This document shows positions 19,634 to 29,842 of a DNA stretch of 59,059 bases, in pieces (positions within the stretch are counted from its first letter, which is position 1; each line of letters begins with the position of its first letter). The notes under the pieces are model-generated. The model was not told where the DNA came from. It ran no database searches and saw only the letters and a program-made list of their open reading frames with translations. Location: the NCBI GenBank assembly GCA_964397025.1, contig CAYNGO010000004.1, positions 1 to 59,059 of the forward strand, written 5' to 3'. The position numbers and the translations under genes were made by a program. The DNA comes from an uncultured Weeksellaceae bacterium. Its GTDB lineage: Bacteria > Bacteroidota > Bacteroidia > Flavobacteriales > BACL11.

Positions 19634-21620
19634 GCTTTATTTTTTCTTCAAGAATAAAAAGTTTATCTCTTAGTTTTTTAGCTTCAATAAAGTTTAAAGA
19701 TTTAGCCATCTTCTGCATTTCATACTTTGTTGATTTTACTATTTTCTCTAGTTCTTTTTTGTTTAATTTATTAATATCTAAAATTTCATCTTTATCACTC
19801 CGATTACTTATCTTATAAGGGTTAAGGCTACTTGTAATACTATTTTCTTGCTTTCTTTTAATTTGTGTAGGAATAATATTATTTTCTTTATTGAACTTTA
19901 CCTGCTTTTCTCTTTTGATATTGGTAGAATCTATAGTTCTCTGCATTGATTTTGTTACTTTATCAGCATACATAATAACTAATCCATTTATATTTCTAGC
20001 TGCTCGACCAGAGGTTTGTATTAAAGCTCTTTCAGATCTAAGGAATCCTTCTTTATCAGCATCCATTATAGCAACTAAACTTACTTCTGGAAGATCTAAA
20101 CCTTCTCTTAATAAATTAACTCCAATTAACACATCAAACTCTCCAATTCTTAGACCATTAATAATTTCAACTCTTTCAATAGTATCTACATCAGAATGAA
20201 TATATCTGCATTTTATATTAACTCTTCCAAGATATTTTGTTAATTCTTCTGCCATTCTTTTGGTAAGAGTTGTGACTAAAACTCTTTCATTTTTAAGAGC
20301 TCTTATCCTAATCTCTTCAATTAAGTCATCTATCTGGTTTTTAAGTGGTCTTATTAATATTTCTGGTTCTAATAGACCTGTGGGTCTAATTATCTGTTCA
20401 ATTATAATACCCTCACATTTTTCTAATTCATAATCTGAAGGTGTTGCACTAACATATATTGTTTGATTATTAATTGTTTCAAATTCTTCAAATTTCAATG
20501 GCCTATTATCCATCGCTGCTGGTAATCTAAAGCCATGCTCAACTAGATTGTATTTTCTAGATTTATCTCCACCATACATAGCTCTAACTTGAGATAATGT
20601 TACATGACTTTCATCTATAATAGTTAAAAAATCTTTTGGGAAATAATCAAGTAAACAGAATGGTCTTGTTCCTTCTGATCTTCCATCAAAATATCTTGAA
20701 TAATTTTCTATTCCTGAACAGTATCCTAATTCTTTTATCATCTCTAAATCAAAACTTGTTCTTTCTTCAATTCTTTTTGCCTCTATATTCAATCCTGATT
20801 CTTGGAAAAATTTTATTTGGTTTAGTAAATCATCTTGAATATTCTTTATTGATTGGTGGATGTTTTCTTTTGAAGCAATAAATATACTTGCTGGAAAAAT
20901 TTTAATTTCTTTTAATTCTTTATAAATATTTCCATTTTCTGGATTAAAACTTTCAATTTCTTCTATTTCATTTCCAAAGAAATGAATTCTATAGGCTATA
21001 TCTGCATAGCCTGGATAAATATCAATAGTATCACCTTTAACTCTAAAGTTTCCTCTTTTAAATTCTGATGTTGTTCTAAAGTATAAAGCTTGAACTAGTT
21101 GTTTAAGTAATTGCTCTCTAGTTAATTGTAAATCTATTTTTAGTTCAATAATATTATTATGAAAATCTTCAGGGTTTCCAATTCCATATATGCATGATAC
21201 TGATGCCACAACTATAACATCTCTTCTTCCAGATAAAAGAGCTGAAGTTGTACTTAGTCTAAATTTTTCTATTTCTTCGTTTATTGATAAATCCTTTTCG
21301 ATATATGTTCCTGAGCTAGGGATATATGCTTCGGGTTGATAATAATCATAATATGAAACAAAATACTCTACTGCATTATTTGGGAAAAACTGCTTAAATT
21401 CACTAAAAAGTTGAGCAGCTAACGTTTTATTATGACTTAATACTAATGTTGGCTTATTAACATTAGCTATTACATTTGCAGCTGTAAAAGTTTTTCCTGA
21501 TCCTGTTACTCCTAATAATGTTTGGTAATTATCTCCTTGATTAATTCCATTTACTAATTCTTTAATTGCTTGTGGTTGATCTCCAGTAGGTGAAAAGTCA
21601 GAGATTAATTCAAAATTCAT
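19617..21620 (-). CDS. uvrB: Excinuclease ABC subunit B
   Basis: [16 protein letters not shown], helicase motifs and a C-terminal UVR domain ([11 protein letters not shown]). Confidence 0.97.
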   Translation of the reverse strand: MNFELISDFSPTGDQPQAIKELVNGINQGDNYQTLLGVTGSGKTFTAANVIANVNKPTLVLSHNKTLAAQLFSEFKQFFPNNAVEYFVSYYDYYQPEAYIPSSGTYIEKDLSINEEIEKFRLSTTSALLSGRRDVIVVASVSCIYGIGNPEDFHNNIIELKIDLQLTREQLLKQLVQALYFRTTSEFKRGNFRVKGDTIDIYPGYADIAYRIHFFGNEIEEIESFNPENGNIYKELKEIKIFPASIFIASKENIHQSIKNIQDDLLNQIKFFQESGLNIEAKRIEERTSFDLEMIKELGYCSGIENYSRYFDGRSEGTRPFCLLDYFPKDFLTIIDESHVTLSQVRAMYGGDKSRKYNLVEHGFRLPAAMDNRPLKFEEFETINNQTIYVSATPSDYELEKCEGIIIEQIIRPTGLLEPEILIRPLKNQIDDLIEEIRIRALKNERVLVTTLTKRMAEELTKYLGRVNIKCRYIHSDVDTIERVEIINGLRIGEFDVLIGVNLLREGLDLPEVSLVAIMDADKEGFLRSERALIQTSGRAARNINGLVIMYADKVTKSMQRTIDSTNIKREKQVKFNKENNIIPTQIKRKQENSITSSLNPYKISNRSDKDEILDINKLNKKELEKIVKSTKYEMQKMAKSLNFIEAKKLRDKLFILEEKIKQKKTD

Positions 21621-21622
21621 TT

Positions 21623-23359
21623 TTAAATCGTATTAAGAATTTTTAAATTATTCTTTAACAACGTAATTTCTTCAGCTAAATTTTTAATGTTATTTTCTAT
21701 TTGATCTAGTAGAGGGTTATTATCTTTTTTGCCAATAAAAAATGATTTATTATTTTCAAAAAGATTTATTTCCTTGTTTTTCACTTCAATTTTCTCTTTA
21801 ATAATTTTTTTTCCACTTTCTAATTGATCAGGATTATTTTTGATAAGGATAGCATTAATTAGGAATTGTTCATCTCTAATTATGTTCTTTTCTAAATCAA
21901 GATTAGAAATAGTTTTTTTACAAGCTAGTTTAAAGTCTTTATTTATTTGAAATGTATTTGAAGTGTTTTTAAGTTTAATCCATTCCTGACACTTATTTTT
22001 AATAAATTGTATATCCTCTAAGGGTTTATTTGTTGTTTTAAATTCGGAGACTGAAAGTAAGACATCTTTTTTTTCTTTTAAACTCTTTATTATTTTTTCA
22101 TCAGATTCTTTTAGAAATTCTTTTTTTGCATTAAAGAATTTATCACATGTATTTTTAAATTTATTCCAAAGTTCATCATTTGCTTTTCCTTTGATAAAGC
22201 CTGTTTTTTTCCAATCCTTCTGAAGTTTTATTAGTTTTTTTGTTGTTGTATTCCAATCCTTATTATTTGAAATTTTTTCTGCTTCATCACATAATTTATT
22301 CTTTGATTGAATTATGTTTTTTGCATTCTCTTTTCTTAACTTATAAAAGTTATTTTTATTCTTATAAAAATTATTTACTGATATTTGAAACTGCTGCCAA
22401 GTTTTCTTATTATCTTTTTTGTTAACTCTTCCTAAAGACTTCCATTTCTCAGATAGTATGTTGCATTTCTCAACTGCTTTTAAACATTCTTGGTGAGATT
22501 TAAATTCTTTTTTACTTAATTGATTTAGTTCTAAGCAAATTTGATTTTTACTTGCTATCTTTTTTACATCATTTTCTTTTAGTTCTAAAAAATGATCATT
22601 CCTTTTTTTATTTATTTCTCTGCTTATTATTTGAAATCTTTCCCATATTAACTCTCTGTTTTCTTTTTTTACTGGACCAATGCTTTTCCACTCCTCATGT
22701 AAATCTTGAAGTTTACTATGCATCTCATTTATTGACTTTAGTGATGTTAGTTTTTCAGCATCTGTACAAATATTAGTTTTTTGTTCTAAATTTTTTTTAA
22801 AATCTATATCTCTAAGATCTCTATTTAGTTTTAAGTAATCATAAAATACCTCAGTATAATGATTGTACATCTGCCATAATTCATTCTTATCTCTTATATT
22901 TACATGTCCTGTAGAGTTCCATTTTTTTTGAAGTCCTCTAAATTTATTAAATGTATTTTTTTCTAATTCAACTTCAGATGTTAGTGCTTTAATTTCAGAA
23001 ATTATTTCTTTTTTTATTTTTAGATTATCTATTTCTTTTTTTTCAATTTCTTTTCTAGAAAGATTTTTTTTGTTTCTAAAAATGTCAAAATATTTTTTAA
23101 ATTCTAATTCTCTAGAGTCAGTTTTTTTTAGTTCTAAATCTTTATTTAATGTATTTATTTTTTTATAAAAAAGGGATTTTACAATTTCAGCTTTTTTAGA
23201 AATAGTCATTGGTTTTTCACTATCACCATAATTCTTAATTATTTCAATTAATTGATCAATATCAGCATTTTCAATTTCAATTTTATCATGAGCTAAATTT
23301 TTATTTTCAGTTAGCTTAAAATCTTGTTTATCTTTTATTTTTTCTGTACTTTCTGACAT
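21623..23359 (-). CDS. DUF349 repeat protein
   Basis: Lys/Glu-rich with at least four repeats of the DUF349-type module ([72 protein letters not shown]). Confidence 0.7.
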   Translation of the reverse strand: MSESTEKIKDKQDFKLTENKNLAHDKIEIENADIDQLIEIIKNYGDSEKPMTISKKAEIVKSLFYKKINTLNKDLELKKTDSRELEFKKYFDIFRNKKNLSRKEIEKKEIDNLKIKKEIISEIKALTSEVELEKNTFNKFRGLQKKWNSTGHVNIRDKNELWQMYNHYTEVFYDYLKLNRDLRDIDFKKNLEQKTNICTDAEKLTSLKSINEMHSKLQDLHEEWKSIGPVKKENRELIWERFQIISREINKKRNDHFLELKENDVKKIASKNQICLELNQLSKKEFKSHQECLKAVEKCNILSEKWKSLGRVNKKDNKKTWQQFQISVNNFYKNKNNFYKLRKENAKNIIQSKNKLCDEAEKISNNKDWNTTTKKLIKLQKDWKKTGFIKGKANDELWNKFKNTCDKFFNAKKEFLKESDEKIIKSLKEKKDVLLSVSEFKTTNKPLEDIQFIKNKCQEWIKLKNTSNTFQINKDFKLACKKTISNLDLEKNIIRDEQFLINAILIKNNPDQLESGKKIIKEKIEVKNKEINLFENNKSFFIGKKDNNPLLDQIENNIKNLAEEITLLKNNLKILNTI

Positions 23360-23427
23360 TTTTTTGTTATAATGCTTTATTTATTTTGTAAATATATTTT
23401 TTAAAACTGTAAATAAACTGATAAATA

Positions 23428-24144
23428 TTATTTATTCCATATTTTCCATGATTCATCAGCTTGTATTTTAAGCATTTCGTAACCATTTTTAATTTTACTT
23501 CCATTATTTTTTGCTTTTTTTAAAAATACTGTTTCTGAAGGATTGTATATTAGATCATATGCTAAGTGTTTATTATTTATAAATTCATATAATATATTTG
23601 GACTTAAGTCAATTTTTGGATACATTCCTAATGGGGTTGTATTAATTATGATCTCATGTGAAATAATATCTTCTTTTTTAAGGTTACTGTAATTTTTATT
23701 GTCTTTTCTTGAAATAACAGTAAAATTAATATTGAGTTTTTTCAGTACATGTTGTATAGATTTGCTTGCTCCACCATTTCCTAGTATTAATGCATTTTTT
23801 CGTTTATCTATAATTGGAATTATACTTTTTTCAAAACCTATTATGTCTGTATTATAGCCAATTAATTTGTTTTTTTCAATCTTTATAGTATTTACTGAAT
23901 TTGTGATTTCAGCATTTTTATCAAGTTTGTCAAGTATCTTAATAATTTCAATTTTAAATGGAATTGTTACATTTAATCCAATTAAATTATTTTTATTTAT
24001 TAGCTCTTTTACTGCTGAAACATTTTTTATTTCATAATTATTGTAATGGCAGGCTTTTAAGTTTAATTTTTTGAATTTCTTATTAAAATAAGTTTCAGAA
24101 AATGAATGTTCTAAACTTTTTCCAATTAATCCGTAATTTTTCAT
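23428..24144 (-). CDS. aroE: Shikimate 5-dehydrogenase
   Basis: YGLIGKSLEHSFS, LNVTIPFK, NTD..GF, GNGGASKS and YDLIYNP. Confidence 0.85.
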   Translation of the reverse strand: MKNYGLIGKSLEHSFSETYFNKKFKKLNLKACHYNNYEIKNVSAVKELINKNNLIGLNVTIPFKIEIIKILDKLDKNAEITNSVNTIKIEKNKLIGYNTDIIGFEKSIIPIIDKRKNALILGNGGASKSIQHVLKKLNINFTVISRKDNKNYSNLKKEDIISHEIIINTTPLGMYPKIDLSPNILYEFINNKHLAYDLIYNPSETVFLKKAKNNGSKIKNGYEMLKIQADESWKIWNK

Positions 24145-25043
24145 TTTTTTGTAATCGAAAATTTTTCTATTGCATAAACGATTGCAATACCCATCATCAT
24201 TAATATTATAGCTATTATATTTTCTTGATTTAATTCTTGAGGAATGAGAAGTTGATAATCTATTATCTTTTCTTTATCTCCAATTATTATTGATTCTTCA
24301 ACTTCTTTCCATGGCCATATTATAGCAAGAGAACCGGTAATAAATCCTGTTAATATTGCTAAGGTTTGATCTTTATATTTTTTTAAAAGCCATGATAAAA
24401 GATGTGAGAAGCTAAGCAATCCAAATAGAGACCCCAAGAAAAAAACAGTAAGGATAATTATGTTTAAATCAGCAACAGCTTTAACTAGTAGCAATTCGTA
24501 GTTACCAAGTAGAATTAATATAAATGATCCCGATAATCCAGGGAGCATCATTCCAGAAATACCAATAATACCGCAAAAAAATACAAAAAATAAATTGTCA
24601 TTTTCGCTTGCAGGAGAAATATTAGTAAATGAAAGTGCGATAGTTGTTCCTATCGCTAAAGCTATAACACTCGATTTATCCCACTTATTTATTTTTTTAC
24701 CAACAAAAAATATTGATGCAATAATAAGTCCAAAGAAAAATGACCATATATATAATGGATAATTACTAAAAAGAAATTTAAATAAATTAGCAATGCTAAA
24801 TACGCTAAAAATGCTTCCTCCAAAGACTGCAATTATAAAATATAAGTTTGTATAATCTATAAATTCATTTATTTTAAAGCTAAGAATATACTTTAAAGCT
24901 TTTTTGTCAAATGATTTTAACGAATCAATGAGTTCTTCATATATTCCTGTTATTAAAGCAATGGTACCTCCTGATACACCTGGAATAACATTTGCTACTC
25001 CCATAGCTATTCCTTTTAAAAAAAGATTAAAATACATTTTCAT
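24141..25043 (-). CDS. DUF368 family membrane protein (PopT-like candidate undecaprenyl-phosphate translocase)
   Basis: Polytopic, with two DUF368 half-repeats (ANVIPGVSGGTIALITGIYEEL and MMLPGLSGSFILILLGNYE). Confidence 0.75.
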   Translation of the reverse strand: MKMYFNLFLKGIAMGVANVIPGVSGGTIALITGIYEELIDSLKSFDKKALKYILSFKINEFIDYTNLYFIIAVFGGSIFSVFSIANLFKFLFSNYPLYIWSFFFGLIIASIFFVGKKINKWDKSSVIALAIGTTIALSFTNISPASENDNLFFVFFCGIIGISGMMLPGLSGSFILILLGNYELLLVKAVADLNIIILTVFFLGSLFGLLSFSHLLSWLLKKYKDQTLAILTGFITGSLAIIWPWKEVEESIIIGDKEKIIDYQLLIPQELNQENIIAIILMMMGIAIVYAIEKFSITKK

Positions 25044-25049
25044 TGTTTA

Positions 25050-25805
25050 TTATAAATAATTGTTGAATGTATCTCCTCTTAATCCTAATCTTAAACATTC
25101 TAATGAAATTATATCATTTGGTGAAATATTGCCTAAGTTAACATTGGCTCCAAAATTATTAATAAACCATACTTGTTGATTTTTTTGTGGAGCCTCCCAT
25201 AAAATTTCTGTTACTCTGATTTGCTTTGTTATTTCTTCAACAAGATCGTTTTTAACTAATCCATTTTTATCGAACATACCGACATTACCTCCCTCGCGTG
25301 CTTCTGCAATAACTTTCCAACTTCCAGCATCTAATTCTTTTTTCATAAATTTTATCCAATCAGAATTTTTTATTGTCACTGATTCATCTTTACTACCAAT
25401 CTCACTAATAACTCGATAGTTCGAAGCTAATTTTTGGATGTATTCACATTTTTCATCATGTTCAATAAACATTGATCCATCAGAAACTTCAACCATGTCT
25501 AATTTTAACGTATCCATTAATTTACAATAATCATCAAATTGATTTCTAATAATAAATGCTTCAAATAATGTACCTCCAGTATAAACCATCATACCAGATT
25601 GTTGATATAATTTGATTTTTTCTGAAATATTTTTTGTTAGTATACTAGTTCCAAAACCTAATTTAACAATATCAGTTAAATCACTTTTTAAAGCAACCAT
25701 ATTTTCTGCTTCATTTAGACTTAATCCCTTATCCATAACCATTGTTAGGCCTTCATTTCTTGGCTTATTTGGTCTTTCTGGTAAGTTTTTTAGTATTTCT
25801 TTCAT
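25050..25805 (-). CDS. Phosphosulfolactate synthase (ComA) family protein
   Basis: PERPNKPRNEGLTMVMDKGL..., VKLGFGTS and MVEVSDGS are typical of the (2R)-phospho-3-sulfolactate synthase TIM-barrel family. Confidence 0.75.
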   Translation of the reverse strand: MKEILKNLPERPNKPRNEGLTMVMDKGLSLNEAENMVALKSDLTDIVKLGFGTSILTKNISEKIKLYQQSGMMVYTGGTLFEAFIIRNQFDDYCKLMDTLKLDMVEVSDGSMFIEHDEKCEYIQKLASNYRVISEIGSKDESVTIKNSDWIKFMKKELDAGSWKVIAEAREGGNVGMFDKNGLVKNDLVEEITKQIRVTEILWEAPQKNQQVWFINNFGANVNLGNISPNDIISLECLRLGLRGDTFNNYL

Positions 25806-25826
25806 TATTTGATGTTTATCCTATAA

Positions 25827-25834
25827 CAAAGATA
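25827..25834 (-). promoter_or_regulatory. -7 type promoter motif (TATCTTTG on the minus strand) for the comA-like/DUF368/aroE unit
   Basis: The plus strand reads CAAAGATA, 21 nt upstream of the start at 25805. Confidence 0.4.
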
Positions 25835-25866
25835 GAAATCCTACTTAAACAATCTTGTAAATTATG

Positions 25867-25874
25867 TAGATTTG
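25867..25874 (+). promoter_or_regulatory. -7 type promoter motif TAGATTTG for glmM
   Basis: Perfect TAnnTTTG, 19 nt upstream of ATG 25894. Confidence 0.4.
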
Positions 25875-25893
25875 TACCATAAATCAATAATAA

Positions 25894-27273
25894 ATGACAT
25901 TAATAAAATCAATTTCTGGTATTAGAGGAACAATTGGCGGTAAAGCTGGTGAAGGTCTAACTCCATTAGATATTGTTCGTTTCACATCTTCTTATGCAAA
26001 GTTTATTTCTAATCAAAAGCATGATTCCAAAGTTATTGTTATTGGTAGAGATGCCAGAATATCTGGAGAAATGTTAACCAATATTGTTTCTGGAACTTTA
26101 ATTGGATGTGGTTTTAATGTTTTAGATATTGGTTTATCTACAACACCTACAGTTGAGGTAACAGTACAAAATGAATCTGCTGCTGGTGGAATTATTTTAA
26201 CTGCTAGTCATAATCCTAAGCAATGGAATGCACTAAAATTACTAAATTATAGAGGTGAATTTATTTCCGCTGATGATGGAGAGCTAATTTTGCAATATGC
26301 TTCTTCAGATGACTTTGTTTTTTCTGATGTTAATCAAATAGGTTCATATAAATTTGATGATTCTTTTAATAATAAACATATTGATGATGTATTAGGTCTA
26401 GATTTGGTTGATGTTGAATTAATTAAATCTAAAAATTTTAAAGTTGTCTTAGATGCTGTTAATTCAACAGGTGGTTTTATTATCCCTAGATTACTAGAAA
26501 AATTAGGTGTTGAATGTGTAAAGTTGTATTGTGAGCCAAATGGTCAATTTCCTCATAATCCAGAACCTTTACCAGAAAACTTATATGAAATATCTAAAAA
26601 AGTAGTTGAATCTCAATCAGATTTTGGAATTGTTGTTGATCCAGATGTTGATAGATTAGCTTTTGTTTGTGAAGATGGATCAATGTTTGGAGAAGAGTAC
26701 ACTTTAGTTTCTGTAGCGGATTTTGTATTGTCTAAAAAATCTGGAAATACTGTTTCAAATCTTTCTTCTACTCGAGCATTATCTGATATTACAAAAAAAC
26801 ATAATGGTGATTACTTTGCATCTGCTGTTGGTGAGGTTAACGTTGTTGACATGATGAAGCTCAATAATGCGATAATTGGGGGAGAAGGGAATGGAGGTAT
26901 TATATATCCTGAATTACACTATGGTAGAGATGCTTTGGTAGGAATTGCACTTTTTTTAACTCAACTAGCAGAGAAAAATTTAAGTTGTTTGTCTCTTAGA
27001 AATAGCTACCCTAATTATTTTATTTCTAAAAATAAAATTGATCTAGATCCATCAATCAATATTTTAAATATTTTTGAGCAATTAGCTGTAAAATTTTCAA
27101 AATATAAAACTAATACTATTGATGGTTTAAAGATAGATTTTGAAGATGGTTGGGTTCATCTTAGAAAATCAAATACTGAACCAATAATACGTGTTTATTC
27201 TGAAAGTAATAGTAAAATTAACTCTGATAAAATGGCTGAAAAATTCATTAGTGAAATAAAAAATTTATTATAA
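25894..27273 (+). CDS. glmM: Phosphoglucosamine mutase (alpha-D-phosphohexomutase family)
   Basis: Active-site loop TASHNPKQWNALK, Mg site VDPDVDR and GGEGNGG. Confidence 0.85.
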   Translation: MTLIKSISGIRGTIGGKAGEGLTPLDIVRFTSSYAKFISNQKHDSKVIVIGRDARISGEMLTNIVSGTLIGCGFNVLDIGLSTTPTVEVTVQNESAAGGIILTASHNPKQWNALKLLNYRGEFISADDGELILQYASSDDFVFSDVNQIGSYKFDDSFNNKHIDDVLGLDLVDVELIKSKNFKVVLDAVNSTGGFIIPRLLEKLGVECVKLYCEPNGQFPHNPEPLPENLYEISKKVVESQSDFGIVVDPDVDRLAFVCEDGSMFGEEYTLVSVADFVLSKKSGNTVSNLSSTRALSDITKKHNGDYFASAVGEVNVVDMMKLNNAIIGGEGNGGIIYPELHYGRDALVGIALFLTQLAEKNLSCLSLRNSYPNYFISKNKIDLDPSINILNIFEQLAVKFSKYKTNTIDGLKIDFEDGWVHLRKSNTEPIIRVYSESNSKINSDKMAEKFISEIKNLL

Positions 27274-28403
27274 TGAGGGTTTATTTAGATAATGCAGCAA
27301 CTACTCCTATGTCTAGTGAGGTAATCGATTTGATGACTGGAATTATGAAATCTGATTATGCTAATCCATCATCAGTTCATCATGGTGGTAGAAAATCAAA
27401 AATAATTATTGAAAATGCTAGAAAGACAGTTGCTACTTTTCTTAATACTTCTCCAGGAAATATTTTTTTTACTTCAGGTGGTACTGAAGCAGATAATATG
27501 GCAATTAGATGTGGTGTAATTGATAATAATATTAAACATGCAGTTACTTCTTCTATTTCTCATCATGCAGTCTTATATCCTTTAGAAAAGCTAAAAAACG
27601 AGGGATTTATTGATTTGACATATATTAAGATTGATAGTAATGGATTAATTGATTTAGTAAATTTAGAAGAAATTTTAAAAAATAAACCTAGAACTTTTGT
27701 CTCAATTATGCATGCTAATAATGAAATAGGTACTATGCAGCCTATAAAAGAAATAGGAGATTTATGTAAAAAATATAATGCTATTTTCCATTCAGATACT
27801 GTACAGACAATTGCACATTATAAGTTAGATATGCAAGCTCTTAATATAGATTTTATTACCGCTTCTGCTCATAAGTTTCATGGGCCTAAAGGAGTAGGTT
27901 TTATATATATTAGTGAAAACATAAAGATAAATCCTTTACTTTTAGGTGGTTCTCAGGAAAGAAATATGAGGGCTGGAACGGAAAATATTTATGCTATAGC
28001 AGGTTTAGAAAAAGCTATGCAATTATCATATGCTTCTATGGACCAAGATATGATTTATATTAAAGGATTAAAAAAGTATATGATAAGTCAACTTACTAAG
28101 AATATTGATGGGATTAGCTTTTATGCAAATTCTAATGATTTAGATAATAGTTTGTTTAAAGTTTTAAGTGTTGCTTTTCCTGCAACTCCAAACTCTGAAA
28201 TGTTACTTTTTAATCTTGATATAATGGGTGTGTCATGTTCGGGTGGAAGTGCTTGTTCATCAGGAAGTGTAGGTGGGTCTCATGTGTTAAATGCTATCTC
28301 AGTTGATTCCCAAAAACCTGGCGTAAGATTTTCATTTAGTAAGTATAATACAATTGAAGAAATAGATTTTACAATTGGAAAGCTTAATGAAATATTTAAC
28401 TAA
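27273..28403 (+). CDS. Cysteine desulfurase (class V aminotransferase, IscS/NifS-like)
   Basis: SGGTEADN, HSDTVQ, PLP-lysine motif SAHKFHGPKGVG and the active-site loop SCSGGSACSSG. TAATG start/stop overlap with glmM. Confidence 0.9.
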   Translation: MRVYLDNAATTPMSSEVIDLMTGIMKSDYANPSSVHHGGRKSKIIIENARKTVATFLNTSPGNIFFTSGGTEADNMAIRCGVIDNNIKHAVTSSISHHAVLYPLEKLKNEGFIDLTYIKIDSNGLIDLVNLEEILKNKPRTFVSIMHANNEIGTMQPIKEIGDLCKKYNAIFHSDTVQTIAHYKLDMQALNIDFITASAHKFHGPKGVGFIYISENIKINPLLLGGSQERNMRAGTENIYAIAGLEKAMQLSYASMDQDMIYIKGLKKYMISQLTKNIDGISFYANSNDLDNSLFKVLSVAFPATPNSEMLLFNLDIMGVSCSGGSACSSGSVGGSHVLNAISVDSQKPGVRFSFSKYNTIEEIDFTIGKLNEIFN

Positions 28404-29829
28404 TTCTTTTAATTTTAATTTTTAAATATCCATATAAGATTGTCATTAATGGACTTATCAAATTAAAAAAACAATATGGAAGATAACTTAGAGTAGCAAC
28501 TCCAAGAACAGCTGACTGAGCTGCTCCACATGTATTCCATGGAATTAATACAGAGGTTACAGTTCCACTGTCTTCAAGTGTTCTGCTTAAATTTTCGGGT
28601 GCCAAGCCTTGATTTTTATAATTTTCTTCAAACATTCTGCCTGGCACAACAATACTTAGATATTGATCAGATGTTGTGAGATTAAAGAAGATACATGTAG
28701 CTGAAGTTGTAGTAATTAAGGATCCAGGATTATTTGCATATGACATAATAGGATCACTTATTCTTTTTAATAATCCGCCTTCTTGCATTGCACCTCCAAA
28801 ACTCATTCCGCAAATTACTAGCCATATGGTACTAAGCATACCTTTCATGCCACTACTGTTTAGTAAATTATTCATTAATGCGTTATCAGAACTAATACTA
28901 ATATCATTAGCCATAGCGTTAATAATTCCTTTATAACAAGAAATAAAAGATAAATTATTAGATTCACTAATTTCTAAAATAATCTGTGGTTGAAAAATAA
29001 TAGCAAAAAGACCTCCTAAAATTGTTCCAGCTAATAGAGCGGGAATAGCTGGTGTTTTTTTTATGATCATTATAACTACAGTTAAAGGAACTAGAAATAA
29101 CCATAAATTAATATTAAACTTATTCTCAACAGCAGATAATAAAGTATCTATATTTTGATCTGTTGATATATCTGAATAAATACCAATAAAAAAGAATATT
29201 AATAATGTAATTAAAAATGAAGGTATAGTGGTATACATCATATATTTAATATGTATAAAAAGATCTGTACCAGCCATGGCAGCAGCTAAATTTGTAGTGT
29301 CTGATAAAGGAGACATTTTATCGCCAAAATATGCTCCTGATATAATAGAACCAGCAACTAAACCTTGAGGAATCCCTAATGCTTCTCCTATTCCAATTAA
29401 TGCAATTCCTATTGTTGCTATTGTTGACCATGAGCTGCCAGATGCTATAGATACTATAGCACAAATAATACATGATGCTAAAAGAAAAATTTCTGGGTTA
29501 AGTATTTTTAATCCATAAAAAATCATTGCTGGAACAATTCCGCTAATTAGCCAGGTGCCTGTTAAAGCTCCAATAAGTAAAAGGATAATAATAGCAGATG
29601 ATGTTGAACTAATACTATTACTAATAGCATTTAAAATATTTTTCCATTTACTTCCATAGTAAATACTAATTAAAACTGCAATTGATGTTGATAGAAGTAG
29701 AGCTATTTGATTTGGCCCACTTAGTGAGTTGTCACCATAAATATAAACATTAGAAGCGAGAAGTATTATTAATATTAATAATGGAGAAAAGGCGAGATAA
29801 AAAGGTATGTGATTATTTACTTTAATAAT
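28396..29829 (-). CDS. nhaC: Na+/H+ antiporter NhaC family; start codon uncertain (proposed ATT at 29829)
   Basis: The ORF track begins at ATG 29526. The same frame stays open for another 102 codons up to TAA 29833-29835. That stretch encodes NhaC-like N-terminal helices (IPFYLAFSPLLILIILLASNVYIYGDNSLSGPNQIALLLSTSIA...) and contains no ATG/GTG/TTG. Confidence 0.6.
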   Translation of the reverse strand: MIKVNNHIPFYLAFSPLLILIILLASNVYIYGDNSLSGPNQIALLLSTSIAVLISIYYGSKWKNILNAISNSISSTSSAIIILLLIGALTGTWLISGIVPAMIFYGLKILNPEIFLLASCIICAIVSIASGSSWSTIATIGIALIGIGEALGIPQGLVAGSIISGAYFGDKMSPLSDTTNLAAAMAGTDLFIHIKYMMYTTIPSFLITLLIFFFIGIYSDISTDQNIDTLLSAVENKFNINLWLFLVPLTVVIMIIKKTPAIPALLAGTILGGLFAIIFQPQIILEISESNNLSFISCYKGIINAMANDISISSDNALMNNLLNSSGMKGMLSTIWLVICGMSFGGAMQEGGLLKRISDPIMSYANNPGSLITTTSATCIFFNLTTSDQYLSIVVPGRMFEENYKNQGLAPENLSRTLEDSGTVTSVLIPWNTCGAAQSAVLGVATLSYLPYCFFNLISPLMTILYGYLKIKIKRIS

Positions 29830-29842
29830 GGCTTATTTAAAA

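Noticed and set aside
29527-29842. Treating this stretch as a 316-bp intergenic region or a separate small gene
   Set aside because: It is one continuous open frame contiguous with nhaC and encodes NhaC-like helices (see the finding). Pseudogenisation cannot be fully excluded, but there is no stop or frameshift.
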